From contig CANGUJ010000001.1 in NCBI GenBank assembly GCA_947456845.1, positions 1 to 49,805 on the forward strand: a stretch of DNA of 49,805 nucleotides, read 5' to 3'. A model generated the notes under the pieces. The model searched no databases. It was not told where the DNA came from and was given only the letters and a program-made list of their open reading frames with translations. A program made the translations under genes and the position numbers. Positions 1-8,871 of the stretch are shown here, in pieces. The stretch is from Burkholderiales bacterium. GTDB taxonomy: Bacteria > Pseudomonadota > Gammaproteobacteria > Burkholderiales > JAEUOS01. The number at the start of each line of letters is the position of its first letter. Position 1 is the first letter of the stretch.

Positions 1-56
1 CGGGCCAGAAACTCCTTGGTGGCCATGGAGGACATGATCTTGATCGGATTCGACAT
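1..56 (-). CDS. 5' end of an unidentified CDS running off the left edge (partial)
   Basis: ATG at 56 on the minus strand. The frame MSNPIKIMSSMATKEFLA stays open to the window edge and starts 19 nt downstream of the dctM stop. Too short to assign. Confidence 0.3.
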   Translation of the reverse strand, partial: MSNPIKIMSSMATKEFLA

Positions 57-75
57 GCGGCGCCTGCCTTGAAAG

Positions 76-1389
76 CTAGCCAAACAATTGCGGCAGCCAG
101 GTGGCCACCTTGGGGAAGAAAAACACCAGAGCCAGCAGAATCAGGCTCATCGCCACGTAGGGCACCACCGCCTGGAAGATGTGCAGCATGGTCACCTCGC
201 GCGGCGCCACGCCCTTCATGGTCATGAGCAACAACCCATGTGGCGGCAGCAGGAGACCAAGCTGCATGCAGATGAGGAACAGCACGCCGAACCAGATCAG
301 GTCGACGTTCAGCGCCGTGACGACCGGCATGAAGATCGGCAGGGTGATCATCATCATGCTGACCTGGTCGACGAAGATGCCGAGGAAGATCAGCATCAGC
401 ATCATGCCGGCCACCACTGCCCAGGGCGGCAGGCCGGCACCTGTGATGGCTTCAGCCAGGCCGTTGGAGGCGCCGGAGAAGGAGAGGATCTGCGCGAAGG
501 TGGTGGCGCCGACGATGATGAAGAGGATCATCGCGGAGATGGCCACCGTGCCCTTGAGCGAATCGAGCAGGATGCGCCAGGTGAGCGCGCGGTAGGCCAT
601 GGCGAGCAGTACCGTGGCGAAAGCGCCCAGCGCGGCCGATTCGGTCGGCGTGCCCCAGCCGGCGGCCATGGCGCCTACCACCACGCCGAAGATCGACACC
701 AGCGGAACCACGTAGACAAGAAAGGGCTTGAAGCGTTCGAGGCCGGCGTGCCGCTCGACGTGGCTATTGGGGGCCAGGCCGGGCGTGAGTTTCACCCTCA
801 CGATGATGTAACCGACAAACGCGAGCGAGAGAATCAGGCCGGGCATCACGCCGCCCAGCAGCAGCTTGGAAATCGAGATACCGGACAGCGAGCCCAGCAG
901 CACCGTCAGCGCCGAAGGCGGAATCAGCATGTCGACCGCGCCGATGGCCATGACCGGACCGGTGGCAATGGTGGGGTGGTAGCCGCGCGCCAGCATCACC
1001 GGCACCATCAGGCTGCCCAGCATGGCGGTGGTGGCGATGGTCGAGCCGGAAATGGCGGAGAACACCGTGCCGGCCACCACGGCCACCACGGCCAGGCGCC
1101 CGGGTACCTGGCGGATCAGGCGTTCGATGCCGTCGATCACCTTGACCGCCAGGCCGGTGTGGAACAGCACCTCGCCCATCAGCACGAACAGCGGAATGGG
1201 CGTGAGCGCGAAGCTCATCACCGAATTGACGCTGTTGCGCGTCAGTTGCATCAGGCCCGGCTCGCCGCCCAGCCAGATCCAGGCGCCGACCAGGTTGATC
1301 ACCAAAAATGAAAACGCGACCGGCAGGCCGATGAAGAGCAATACGGTGGATCCGCCCAGCATCAGCCAGGCCGCGGCGGCCCAGCTCAT
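76..1389 (-). CDS. dctM: TRAP transporter large permease subunit (DctM family)
   Basis: 437 aa, highly hydrophobic and multi-spanning, with a typical DctM N-terminus (LLFIGLPVAFSF). Its start overlaps the dctQ stop by 4 nt. Confidence 0.9.
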   Translation of the reverse strand: MSWAAAAWLMLGGSTVLLFIGLPVAFSFLVINLVGAWIWLGGEPGLMQLTRNSVNSVMSFALTPIPLFVLMGEVLFHTGLAVKVIDGIERLIRQVPGRLAVVAVVAGTVFSAISGSTIATTAMLGSLMVPVMLARGYHPTIATGPVMAIGAVDMLIPPSALTVLLGSLSGISISKLLLGGVMPGLILSLAFVGYIIVRVKLTPGLAPNSHVERHAGLERFKPFLVYVVPLVSIFGVVVGAMAAGWGTPTESAALGAFATVLLAMAYRALTWRILLDSLKGTVAISAMILFIIVGATTFAQILSFSGASNGLAEAITGAGLPPWAVVAGMMLMLIFLGIFVDQVSMMMITLPIFMPVVTALNVDLIWFGVLFLICMQLGLLLPPHGLLLMTMKGVAPREVTMLHIFQAVVPYVAMSLILLALVFFFPKVATWLPQLFG

Positions 1390-1913
1390 GCCGCGCTCAC
1401 GGCGTCGTCACGCGGACCGGCGATGCTGTTGGCCAGGCGCCACATGCGGAAGATGAATTCCACTGCGAGCAGCGCAAAACACACCGGCAGTGGCACCAGG
1501 AACCACCACTCCGGCATCACCAGTGTCTTGATCGACTGCGCACCCGCCTGGTGGCTGTTGAGCGCGGCCGCGGCGCCATACCAGAGCATCCACAGGCAGC
1601 AGGCAAAGCCGATGATGTCCGAGAGCCATTCGCTGGCATACGCTGCCTTCTTGGGCAGTGCCCGCAACAGGATGTCGACGCGGATATGCCGCCCTTCGCG
1701 CAGCAGCCAGGGCGCCGCCAGCATGGTGATGGCGTAGAGCATCAGCTCCGAGATCTCGTTGCTCCACGCCAGGCCCCGGCTCAGGCCGGGGATCACCACG
1801 TTGCGCGTGAAAACGTCGGCGCAAATGATCAGCATCATGGCCAGCAAAACCAGGCTGGCCATTACCGCCAGGCTTTCGGAGATTTTGCCGACGGCGGCGT
1901 CTAATCGTTGCAC
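1386..1913 (-). CDS. dctQ: TRAP transporter small permease subunit (DctQ family)
   Basis: 175 aa four-helix membrane protein positioned between dctP and dctM. There is a 4-nt gap to dctP and an ATGA overlap with dctM. Confidence 0.85.
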   Translation of the reverse strand: MQRLDAAVGKISESLAVMASLVLLAMMLIICADVFTRNVVIPGLSRGLAWSNEISELMLYAITMLAAPWLLREGRHIRVDILLRALPKKAAYASEWLSDIIGFACCLWMLWYGAAAALNSHQAGAQSIKTLVMPEWWFLVPLPVCFALLAVEFIFRMWRLANSIAGPRDDAVSAA

Positions 1914-1917
1914 GCGG

Positions 1918-2919
<1,002 letters not shown>

Positions 2920-4101
2920 TTATTGCATCTTGCACTGGCTGGCGAACGAATCCTGGTGCGCCGTCAGGATCTTGCCCATGGTGCGGTTGGTGATGCGGCC
3001 CTTTTCATCCTTGCGCACCACGCGCAGGTAGTAGTCCTGGATCGGGTACTGGTTGTTGTTGAACTTGAAGGCGCCGCGCACCGATTTGAAGTCCGCGGCC
3101 TTGAGCGCTTTGCGGAAGGCTTCCTTGTCTTCGACATTGCCCTTGACCTTGCGCACCGCCGAATCGATCAGCATCGCCGTGTCATAGCCCTGCGATGCGT
3201 ACATGGTGGGCAGGCGGCCGTACTCCTTCTCGAAGTCGGCGACGAATTTCCGGTTCTGCGGGTTGTCGAAATCATGGCCCCAGTGCGAGGTGTTGATGGT
3301 GCCCAGAAGCGCCTCGCCCACCGGCTTGATGGTGTCTTCGTCGGCCGAGTAGCCCGGCACGAGCAACTGGATGTTCTTGCCAAGGCCGGCGGCGGTGAAC
3401 TGCTTGATGAAGTTGATGCCCATGCCGCCCGGCAGGAAGATGAATACCGCCTCGGGCTTCTTGGCCTGCATGGTGGCGAGGTCGACCGAGAAATCGAGCT
3501 GGTTCATCGGCGTGTAGACCTCGTCGACGATGTTGCCCTTGTACAGGCGCTTGAAGCCGGAGAGGTTCTCGCGGCCGCCGGGATAGTTGGCGCCGATCAG
3601 GTAGACGTTCTTGATGCCGCGCTCGGAGACGAACTTGCCCATTGCGCTGGGGATGTCCTCGCTTTGCCACGAGGCGACGAAGAAGTACGGGTTGCACTTC
3701 GGCCCGGCATAGTCGTTCGGGCCGGTGTTGGGGCTGATGTAGACCGTCTTGGTTTCCAGGACCGAGGGCAGGATCGGCAGCAGGATGTTGGTGAACACCA
3801 CGCCGGTGATGACATGCGACTTGTGCTGCTGCAGGAAGCGGTCGGCCGCCTGCTTGGCGACATCGGGCTTCAACTGGTCGTCGACGACCTGCAGGTCGAG
3901 GTTGATGCCGCCGAGCTTGCCGCCGGCATGCTTGACCGCCAGGTTGAATCCGTCGCGGATATCCACGCCGAGCGCGCCGCCCGGGCCGGACAGGGTGGTA
4001 AGGAAACCGATGCGCAGCGTGTCGGCGGCCTGGACGGGTGCGCAAAGCGCAAGGGCCGAAGCCAGCAGCGCGGCGACGGGGCGGGCGAGGCGGAATTTCA
4101 T
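2920..4101 (-). CDS. ABC-type branched-chain amino acid/aromatic acid binding protein (LivJ / type I periplasmic binding family), orphan
   Basis: Start taken at MKFRLARPVAALLASALALCAPVQAADTLRIGF (signal peptide), i.e. the ATG at 4101 inside the over-long ORF 2920..5286. LivJ-like motifs include NPYFFV and IGANYPGG. The gene lies 36 nt upstream of dctP. Confidence 0.85.
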   Translation of the reverse strand: MKFRLARPVAALLASALALCAPVQAADTLRIGFLTTLSGPGGALGVDIRDGFNLAVKHAGGKLGGINLDLQVVDDQLKPDVAKQAADRFLQQHKSHVITGVVFTNILLPILPSVLETKTVYISPNTGPNDYAGPKCNPYFFVASWQSEDIPSAMGKFVSERGIKNVYLIGANYPGGRENLSGFKRLYKGNIVDEVYTPMNQLDFSVDLATMQAKKPEAVFIFLPGGMGINFIKQFTAAGLGKNIQLLVPGYSADEDTIKPVGEALLGTINTSHWGHDFDNPQNRKFVADFEKEYGRLPTMYASQGYDTAMLIDSAVRKVKGNVEDKEAFRKALKAADFKSVRGAFKFNNNQYPIQDYYLRVVRKDEKGRITNRTMGKILTAHQDSFASQCKMQ

Positions 4102-4186
4102 GGCATCTCCTGGCTGGAAACAAGGCGCGCCGGCTGCGCCGGCGCTCGAGACCGAGACTGTAGCAAAGTTGCGGCAAAGTCCGCGC

Positions 4187-4210
4187 CGGCGTCCCTGTAC
4201 AGGGACGCCG
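4187..4210. promoter_or_regulatory. 24-bp perfect palindrome CGGCGTCCCTGT/ACAGGGACGCCG in the divergent promoter region; candidate operator or 5'-UTR hairpin
   Basis: Read directly: the sequence at 4187-4210 equals its own reverse complement. It sits 41 nt upstream of the dioxygenase ATG (4252) and 85 nt upstream of the binding-protein ATG (4101). Confidence 0.4.
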
Positions 4211-4251
4211 TGCTGGCGCACAATCAGGGCATTGTCATTCCCGGATACACC

Positions 4252-5289
4252 ATGAGTGCAGTACCAGACGCCATTCGCCCGGACGCCGCCCTGATCGCGG
4301 CGCTTGAGCGGTCGAACTATCATCCGCTGTGGGACCGTTACAAGCGCATCACCCCGATGGCGCCGGCGGCCGGGGACGCGCCGATGCACTGGCGCTGGCG
4401 CGATTTCGAGCCCTTCACCGCCCGCGCTTCGCGCGAGGTGCCTATCGAGGACGTGGAGCGGCGCGCCATCATCATGGTCAACCCGGCTTTCGGCGGCGCC
4501 ACCACCACGACCGGCAACCTGATCGGTGCTTTCACCATCCTCAATCCAGGCGACCGTGCCGTGCCGCATCGCCACACGGCTTCGGCGATCCGCTTTGCCA
4601 CCCGCGCCGAAGGCGCTTTCACCATCGTCAACGGTCGTCGCTGCGAGATGAACGAGGGCGACCTGGTGCTGACCCCGCCGATGTGCTGGCATGGCCATAT
4701 CAACCAGGGCGAAGCGCGCACCGTGTGGTTCGACGCCGCCAACATGCCGCTGGTATGCGACCTGGATGCAAGCTTTTTCGAGCCCGGCAGCCGCGGCGCG
4801 GAGGCATTCTGGGAGGTCGACGAAGGCGACGAGCGGCTGTGGAAAGGCGCCGGCCTCGCCGTACCCGGCCAGACAGGCGCCGCATCGGCCGCGCACTCGG
4901 CCAAGTATCACTATCCCGGTGCGGTCACGCGTGCCCTGCTGGCAGCGATTCCGCCGGGCGACGACGGCGCCAGGCACCTGCGCTATACCAATCCGGCGAC
5001 CGGCGGCGCTGTCATGCCCTCGCTGGACTGCTATGCGATGCGCCTGGCCAGGGGGGCGGCGACGCGCGCACGGCGGTCCACGGCCAATGCCATCTGCCTG
5101 GTGGTGTCCGGTTCCGGCAGCAGCACGGTGGGCGGTGCGACTTTCGGTTGGGAGAAGCATGACGTGTTCACCATCCCGCACTGGACCTGGGCAACCCACA
5201 CGGCGGCCGAAGGCCACGCCGACCTGTTCGTCGTCACCGACCGCGCGATGTACGAGCATCTCGGTCTCCTGCGCGAGGAAATGCAATAG
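4252..5289 (+). CDS. gentisate 1,2-dioxygenase-family bicupin ring-cleavage dioxygenase
   Basis: 345 aa starting at MSAVPDAIRP, in frame within the over-long ORF 1759..5289. Cupin metal motif region AVPHRHTASAIRF...GDLVLTPPMCWHGH is typical of gentisate / 1-hydroxy-2-naphthoate / salicylate 1,2-dioxygenases. Confidence 0.85.
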   Translation: MSAVPDAIRPDAALIAALERSNYHPLWDRYKRITPMAPAAGDAPMHWRWRDFEPFTARASREVPIEDVERRAIIMVNPAFGGATTTTGNLIGAFTILNPGDRAVPHRHTASAIRFATRAEGAFTIVNGRRCEMNEGDLVLTPPMCWHGHINQGEARTVWFDAANMPLVCDLDASFFEPGSRGAEAFWEVDEGDERLWKGAGLAVPGQTGAASAAHSAKYHYPGAVTRALLAAIPPGDDGARHLRYTNPATGGAVMPSLDCYAMRLARGAATRARRSTANAICLVVSGSGSSTVGGATFGWEKHDVFTIPHWTWATHTAAEGHADLFVVTDRAMYEHLGLLREEMQ

Positions 5290-5358
5290 GGCCGGCCCCG
5301 CGCGGCCCGGTCAGGCGACTTCAATTCCGCCCGGCACGTGAACGCGCGGCAACGCCGC

Positions 5359-6663
5359 TCATGGCGTGATCTGCAGTACCAGCGGGCCCTTACCGCGCGC
5401 AATGCCATGCCAGCCGACCGCGTAGGCGCGTCCCGCGTTGTCGCGCGTGACCGAACCGTACAAGAGCACGCTGGTCAGTGACTTGGTGTCTAGAGGGAAG
5501 GGGACGGAGACCCCGGTGCGGATATCCGCCACGGCCCACTCGTAGCCGTTCGCCTGCGTAGATATCCCCGCGACCTTCGTGCTGTCGCCTAGCGAGAACA
5601 GGGCGGCCGCGTAGGCTTCGCCCTTGGGGTGCAGCCAGCCCAGGGATCGCACCTTGACAGGATTGCGCGGCGCCTTGGGGTCGGGGGCGTCAAGCGCGTA
5701 CAAATGCCCGCGCGCGGTCAGGAACAGGATCCGGCCGTCGCGGATGTAGGTCAGGCCGGTGATGCCGTGGTTGTCAGCCACTGCGCCCTGGCCGAAATAG
5801 GCATCGAGGGGCGTTGCGGCGATTTCGCGCAGGTCGGCATCGAGCTCCACCAGCGCGGCGGTCGCCGCGCCGTTGGCTTCCAGGCGCGTGCGGGGCACGA
5901 ACACATGGCCGCGCGCGTCGGAAATCAGGTTGCGCGACGCGTGGCCCGGGATCGAGCCGATCTCCTTGCGCCGGATGGCGCCGTTGAGGGTGTCGTACTG
6001 GTAAAGCACGTGCCCCCAGTAGCCCAGCGCGTAGACATGGCGGCCGACCGCGCTGACGGCAACCAAGGACTCGGGTACCGCCTTGATGTGCCGCCATTTC
6101 CCGCTGGCCGGATCGATGCGCCACAAATGTCCTCCCCATTTGGGCAATGCGCTGCCGTCCTGCTTTTCGCCTTCCTCGTCGAAAGAGGAAAAGTAGAGCA
6201 TCCCGTCGACCGCCGACACGATCCTCGAATGGATCTTGACCTGGCCCTCGCCCGGGCGATGGCTGCCCAAGGCGCGCAACTGGTCGACCACGGAGCCGTG
6301 GTCACGCCAGGTTTCATTGACCGGATCGAACTCGTACAGGCGCGCGCTGCCCCCCGCGCCGCTGGCCGAAAACCCGAACCAGACGTGGCCGCGCCGGTCC
6401 CGGCCGGTGGATCCCCAGATCGCCATCGCGCCGGGAAAATCGGGGACCTGCAGCATGCGCACCTGCGGCGCGCGAAAGATATCGCCGGCCGGGGGGGTGA
6501 ACAGGCTGCCGGTGAGTTCCTCGTAGGACAGCGTGGGCAGGAGCGTATCCTGAGTCCTGTCGCGCTCGCGGATCATCAGGGCGATGACCGCGCCAAGGCC
6601 GCAGGCCATGAAGAACGCCGCCGTGGCGATCACCGCGCGCAAGGCAGAACCGGGGCTCGACAT
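5359..6663 (-). CDS. hypothetical membrane-anchored protein with repeated beta-strand motifs (possible beta-propeller)
   Basis: 434 aa with one N-terminal TM helix (AVIATAAFFMACGLGAVIALMI). After that, G-h-h-Y/F motifs recur every 40-60 aa (GHVWFGF, GMLYFSSF, GHLWRID, RHVYALGYWGHVLYQYD, GHVFVP, GRILFLTARGHLYALD, GRAYAVGW). It lies 63 nt downstream of the dioxygenase beta gene. I recognise no family. Confidence 0.6.
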   Translation of the reverse strand: MSSPGSALRAVIATAAFFMACGLGAVIALMIRERDRTQDTLLPTLSYEELTGSLFTPPAGDIFRAPQVRMLQVPDFPGAMAIWGSTGRDRRGHVWFGFSASGAGGSARLYEFDPVNETWRDHGSVVDQLRALGSHRPGEGQVKIHSRIVSAVDGMLYFSSFDEEGEKQDGSALPKWGGHLWRIDPASGKWRHIKAVPESLVAVSAVGRHVYALGYWGHVLYQYDTLNGAIRRKEIGSIPGHASRNLISDARGHVFVPRTRLEANGAATAALVELDADLREIAATPLDAYFGQGAVADNHGITGLTYIRDGRILFLTARGHLYALDAPDPKAPRNPVKVRSLGWLHPKGEAYAAALFSLGDSTKVAGISTQANGYEWAVADIRTGVSVPFPLDTKSLTSVLLYGSVTRDNAGRAYAVGWHGIARGKGPLVLQITP

Positions 6664-6726
6664 GCGCCTATGTTGACATGTTTCGCGGAACGCCAGCGGC
6701 CATGAATGCCGCAGGTCCCGGCCGCG

Positions 6727-7464
6727 TCAGACCCAGATCTGCAGCACGTAGTCGTAGGCGGCCTGGCCGTTGAACAGGTCCACGCGTTGCAGCCTGATGC
6801 GAAAGCCTGAACCCTTTTTCACCAGCGTGTGGCGATAGGTGCCGCCGAAGTGGCGCACGCTGTCGCGCCGCAGTTCCATCATGTGGAAACGCGAGCGCAC
6901 CACCACCTCTTTCGCGGTTTCCTTTTCGATGACGATGTTGCCGACCAGATGGTTGGTCGCCCACATCGGCGCCTGCGACCAGGCGTTGGGGTGGGTGACG
7001 CGGCCCATGCGCACCTGCATGAGCATCTTGTCCTCGGCGAAGATCGAGGCCGTGCCTTCCCATTCGGTCTGTTCCGGCAAGGCCGGCATCCAGTACACGC
7101 CATCTTCGGTGAAGAGATCGATGTAATCCTGCCAGTGCTTGTTGTCGAGCAGCTCGGACTGGCGGAACAGGAATTGCTCGACGCGCTCCTTGAGGCCGGC
7201 GGCCGACTTCGCGGGGGCCGAGACCGAGCGCGGCGCACGCACCGCTGCCGGCTTGGCGCGGGGGGAATGATCGGGGGCGATGGCCTGTGCGCCGGTGCGT
7301 CCCTGCGTCTCTGAAGCCAGCAGCGTCACGCCCCCCAGGAGCGCGCGTTCAACCCGTTTCGCGGCCGCCCTGGGCGTTGCCGCAGCCTTGGTGGGCACCG
7401 TTTTTTTTGTGCTTGCCTTTTTCGCCGCCGGCTTCGTTACTGCCACCTTTTTCTTCGTCGCCAT
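6727..7464 (-). CDS. aromatic ring-hydroxylating dioxygenase beta (small) subunit with ~90-aa Lys/Ala/Pro-rich N-terminal extension
   Basis: The C-terminal ~155 aa is a typical NTF2-like RHD beta subunit (FLFRQSELLDNKHWQDYIDLFTEDGVYWMP...VRSRFHMMELRRD...RIRLQRVDL). The ATG at 7464 overlaps the alpha-subunit TGA (TGATG), and a GTG at 7467 is also possible. Confidence 0.8.
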   Translation of the reverse strand: MATKKKVAVTKPAAKKASTKKTVPTKAAATPRAAAKRVERALLGGVTLLASETQGRTGAQAIAPDHSPRAKPAAVRAPRSVSAPAKSAAGLKERVEQFLFRQSELLDNKHWQDYIDLFTEDGVYWMPALPEQTEWEGTASIFAEDKMLMQVRMGRVTHPNAWSQAPMWATNHLVGNIVIEKETAKEVVVRSRFHMMELRRDSVRHFGGTYRHTLVKKGSGFRIRLQRVDLFNGQAAYDYVLQIWV

Positions 7465-8768
7465 CACAGGCTCCCTTGCATGTACTTGGTCCAGGCCTGG
7501 AACTGGCTGCGCATCACCGCCTCGGAGGTGCCCTTGTTGGAATAGGTGACACCGTTCTCGATGGTGTCGCGGCCGTAGTCACGATGGAAGCTGACCCAGT
7601 CGCCGCCCTTGGATTCCAGGCCCCACTGGCCCTTGGTCCAGTTCTCGAGGTCGTCGGCGTTGATCATGGTGGCCGGCGAATTGACCAGGTTGAAATACCA
7701 CAGTGAGCGGCGGTAGATCGCCTCCGGCGCCCCCTTCAGGCGGAAGTGCCAGATCTCCGAGAGCGTCTTGTTGGGACCGAGCGGTCGCAGGCAGCGCAGC
7801 TGCTGCAGCGGCGACTGCACCGAGAGGTAGGGGTAGACCAGCACATGGTGGATGGAGCGCGAAAGGTATTCCTCCATCTTCTCCTTGCCATAGGCCTTTT
7901 CCATCAGCCTTTCATAGGCCTTGGTATCGGGGTCCTGCGGGCGCAGGCCCATGTAGGCCTTGAGGATGCCGTGACCGCGCGGGAAATTGATGGTCTGCAC
8001 GGTGTCCCACTTGTCGAACGGCGTCGCGAAGGCCGACAGGTAGTGGTAGTGAAGTGGCGCATGGCCGGTCTTGGCGGCGATTTCCTTCTCGATCACCCCG
8101 GCGGCCACGCCGGTGGACTGGTGCGTCACCGAAGGATGCAGCGCGTCGAGCTGGTTTTCCATGAAGAACTTCCAGTTCGAGTGCTGGATCACGCGGTGGC
8201 ATACCGGCACCACTTCGACTTCGCCCGCCGGCGAACGGTCGCACATGTCATCAAAGGCGATTCTGGCCTCGCCGAGGAACTCGGACAGTGTCGGCCCCGC
8301 GTTCGACAGGCTGGCGAACACGAAGCCGCGATACGAATCGACCCGTGCGGCCGACTTCATGTCGCAGTCCGGGTTGTCGCGCGTCAGGCGGGTACCGTCA
8401 TAGCCCTTCATCAGCGGAATGGCTTCGAGCTTGCCGTCCAGATGGAAGCTCCATGCATGGTACGAGCAGACGAAATTGCTGCCGGTATTGCCGCGCTGGT
8501 TGCCGCACAGCTCCACGCCGCGATGCGGGCAGCGGTTGTAGAGCACGCGGACTTGTCGGTCCTTGCCGCGCACCATCACCATCGGCTGGCGGCCGATCTG
8601 AAGGGTGTGATAGTCGCCGGGATTCTTCACCTGGGATTCATGGCCGCAATACACCCAGATCTTTTCGAAAATGTTCTCGACCTCGATGTCGAAAATCTCC
8701 TGGCTGGTGTAGGCCAGTCGGTGGACGCGGTCGGGTTCAACCAGCTTGGCGATATCGATGGAAGGCAT
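7464..8768 (-). CDS. Rieske (2Fe-2S) aromatic ring-hydroxylating dioxygenase alpha subunit
   Basis: Rieske motif CPHRG...CSYHAWSF and mononuclear iron motif ENQLDALHPSVTH. Start chosen at MPSIDIAKL (8768), preceded by GAGGAG. The alternative start at 8780 and the track start at 8849 are less likely. Confidence 0.9.
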   Translation of the reverse strand: MPSIDIAKLVEPDRVHRLAYTSQEIFDIEVENIFEKIWVYCGHESQVKNPGDYHTLQIGRQPMVMVRGKDRQVRVLYNRCPHRGVELCGNQRGNTGSNFVCSYHAWSFHLDGKLEAIPLMKGYDGTRLTRDNPDCDMKSAARVDSYRGFVFASLSNAGPTLSEFLGEARIAFDDMCDRSPAGEVEVVPVCHRVIQHSNWKFFMENQLDALHPSVTHQSTGVAAGVIEKEIAAKTGHAPLHYHYLSAFATPFDKWDTVQTINFPRGHGILKAYMGLRPQDPDTKAYERLMEKAYGKEKMEEYLSRSIHHVLVYPYLSVQSPLQQLRCLRPLGPNKTLSEIWHFRLKGAPEAIYRRSLWYFNLVNSPATMINADDLENWTKGQWGLESKGGDWVSFHRDYGRDTIENGVTYSNKGTSEAVMRSQFQAWTKYMQGSL

Positions 8769-8817
8769 GGAACTCCTCATTGGGACGCGTACGTTAAGGC
8801 GAGCCAGCAAGATAACA

Positions 8818-8834
8818 ACGCTTGAGTCAAGCGT
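8818..8834. promoter_or_regulatory. 17-bp perfect palindrome ACGCTTGA-G-TCAAGCGT; candidate LysR-type regulator binding site
   Basis: Read directly. It is centred in the 103-bp divergent region between the dioxygenase alpha gene (8768) and the LysR gene (8872). Confidence 0.45.
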
Positions 8835-8871
8835 GCAACAACCAGCCATGCTTTTTGCATTACCATCGGTT

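Noticed and set aside
88-1311. 407-aa plus-strand ORF antisense to dctM, plus similar long antisense ORFs (5629..6705, 7746..8825, 13421..14617, 14835..15785, 16119..16913, 17347..18261, 18998..19840, 21560..22594, 22440..23339, 23282..24604, 24432..25964, 27291..28349, 37850..38977, 44718..45632, 47230..48282, 48164..48823)
   Set aside because: All lie opposite genes with strong family signatures. All have His/Arg/Gly/Asp/Pro-dominated compositions and no motifs. They are the expected stop-free shadow frames of a very GC-rich genome.
4102-5286. N-terminal 395-codon extension of the LivJ-type ORF (track ORF 2920..5286)
   Set aside because: The extension is antisense to the dioxygenase gene and Arg/Gly/Pro-rich. 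A clean signal peptide begins at the internal MKFRLARP (4101), which fits a normal-length periplasmic binding protein.
5290-5358. GC-rich hairpin (GGGCCG...CGGCCC) between the convergent dioxygenase and hypothetical genes as a terminator
   Set aside because: The stem is short and imperfect and has no flanking T or A tract. It cannot be distinguished from random GC-rich self-complementarity.
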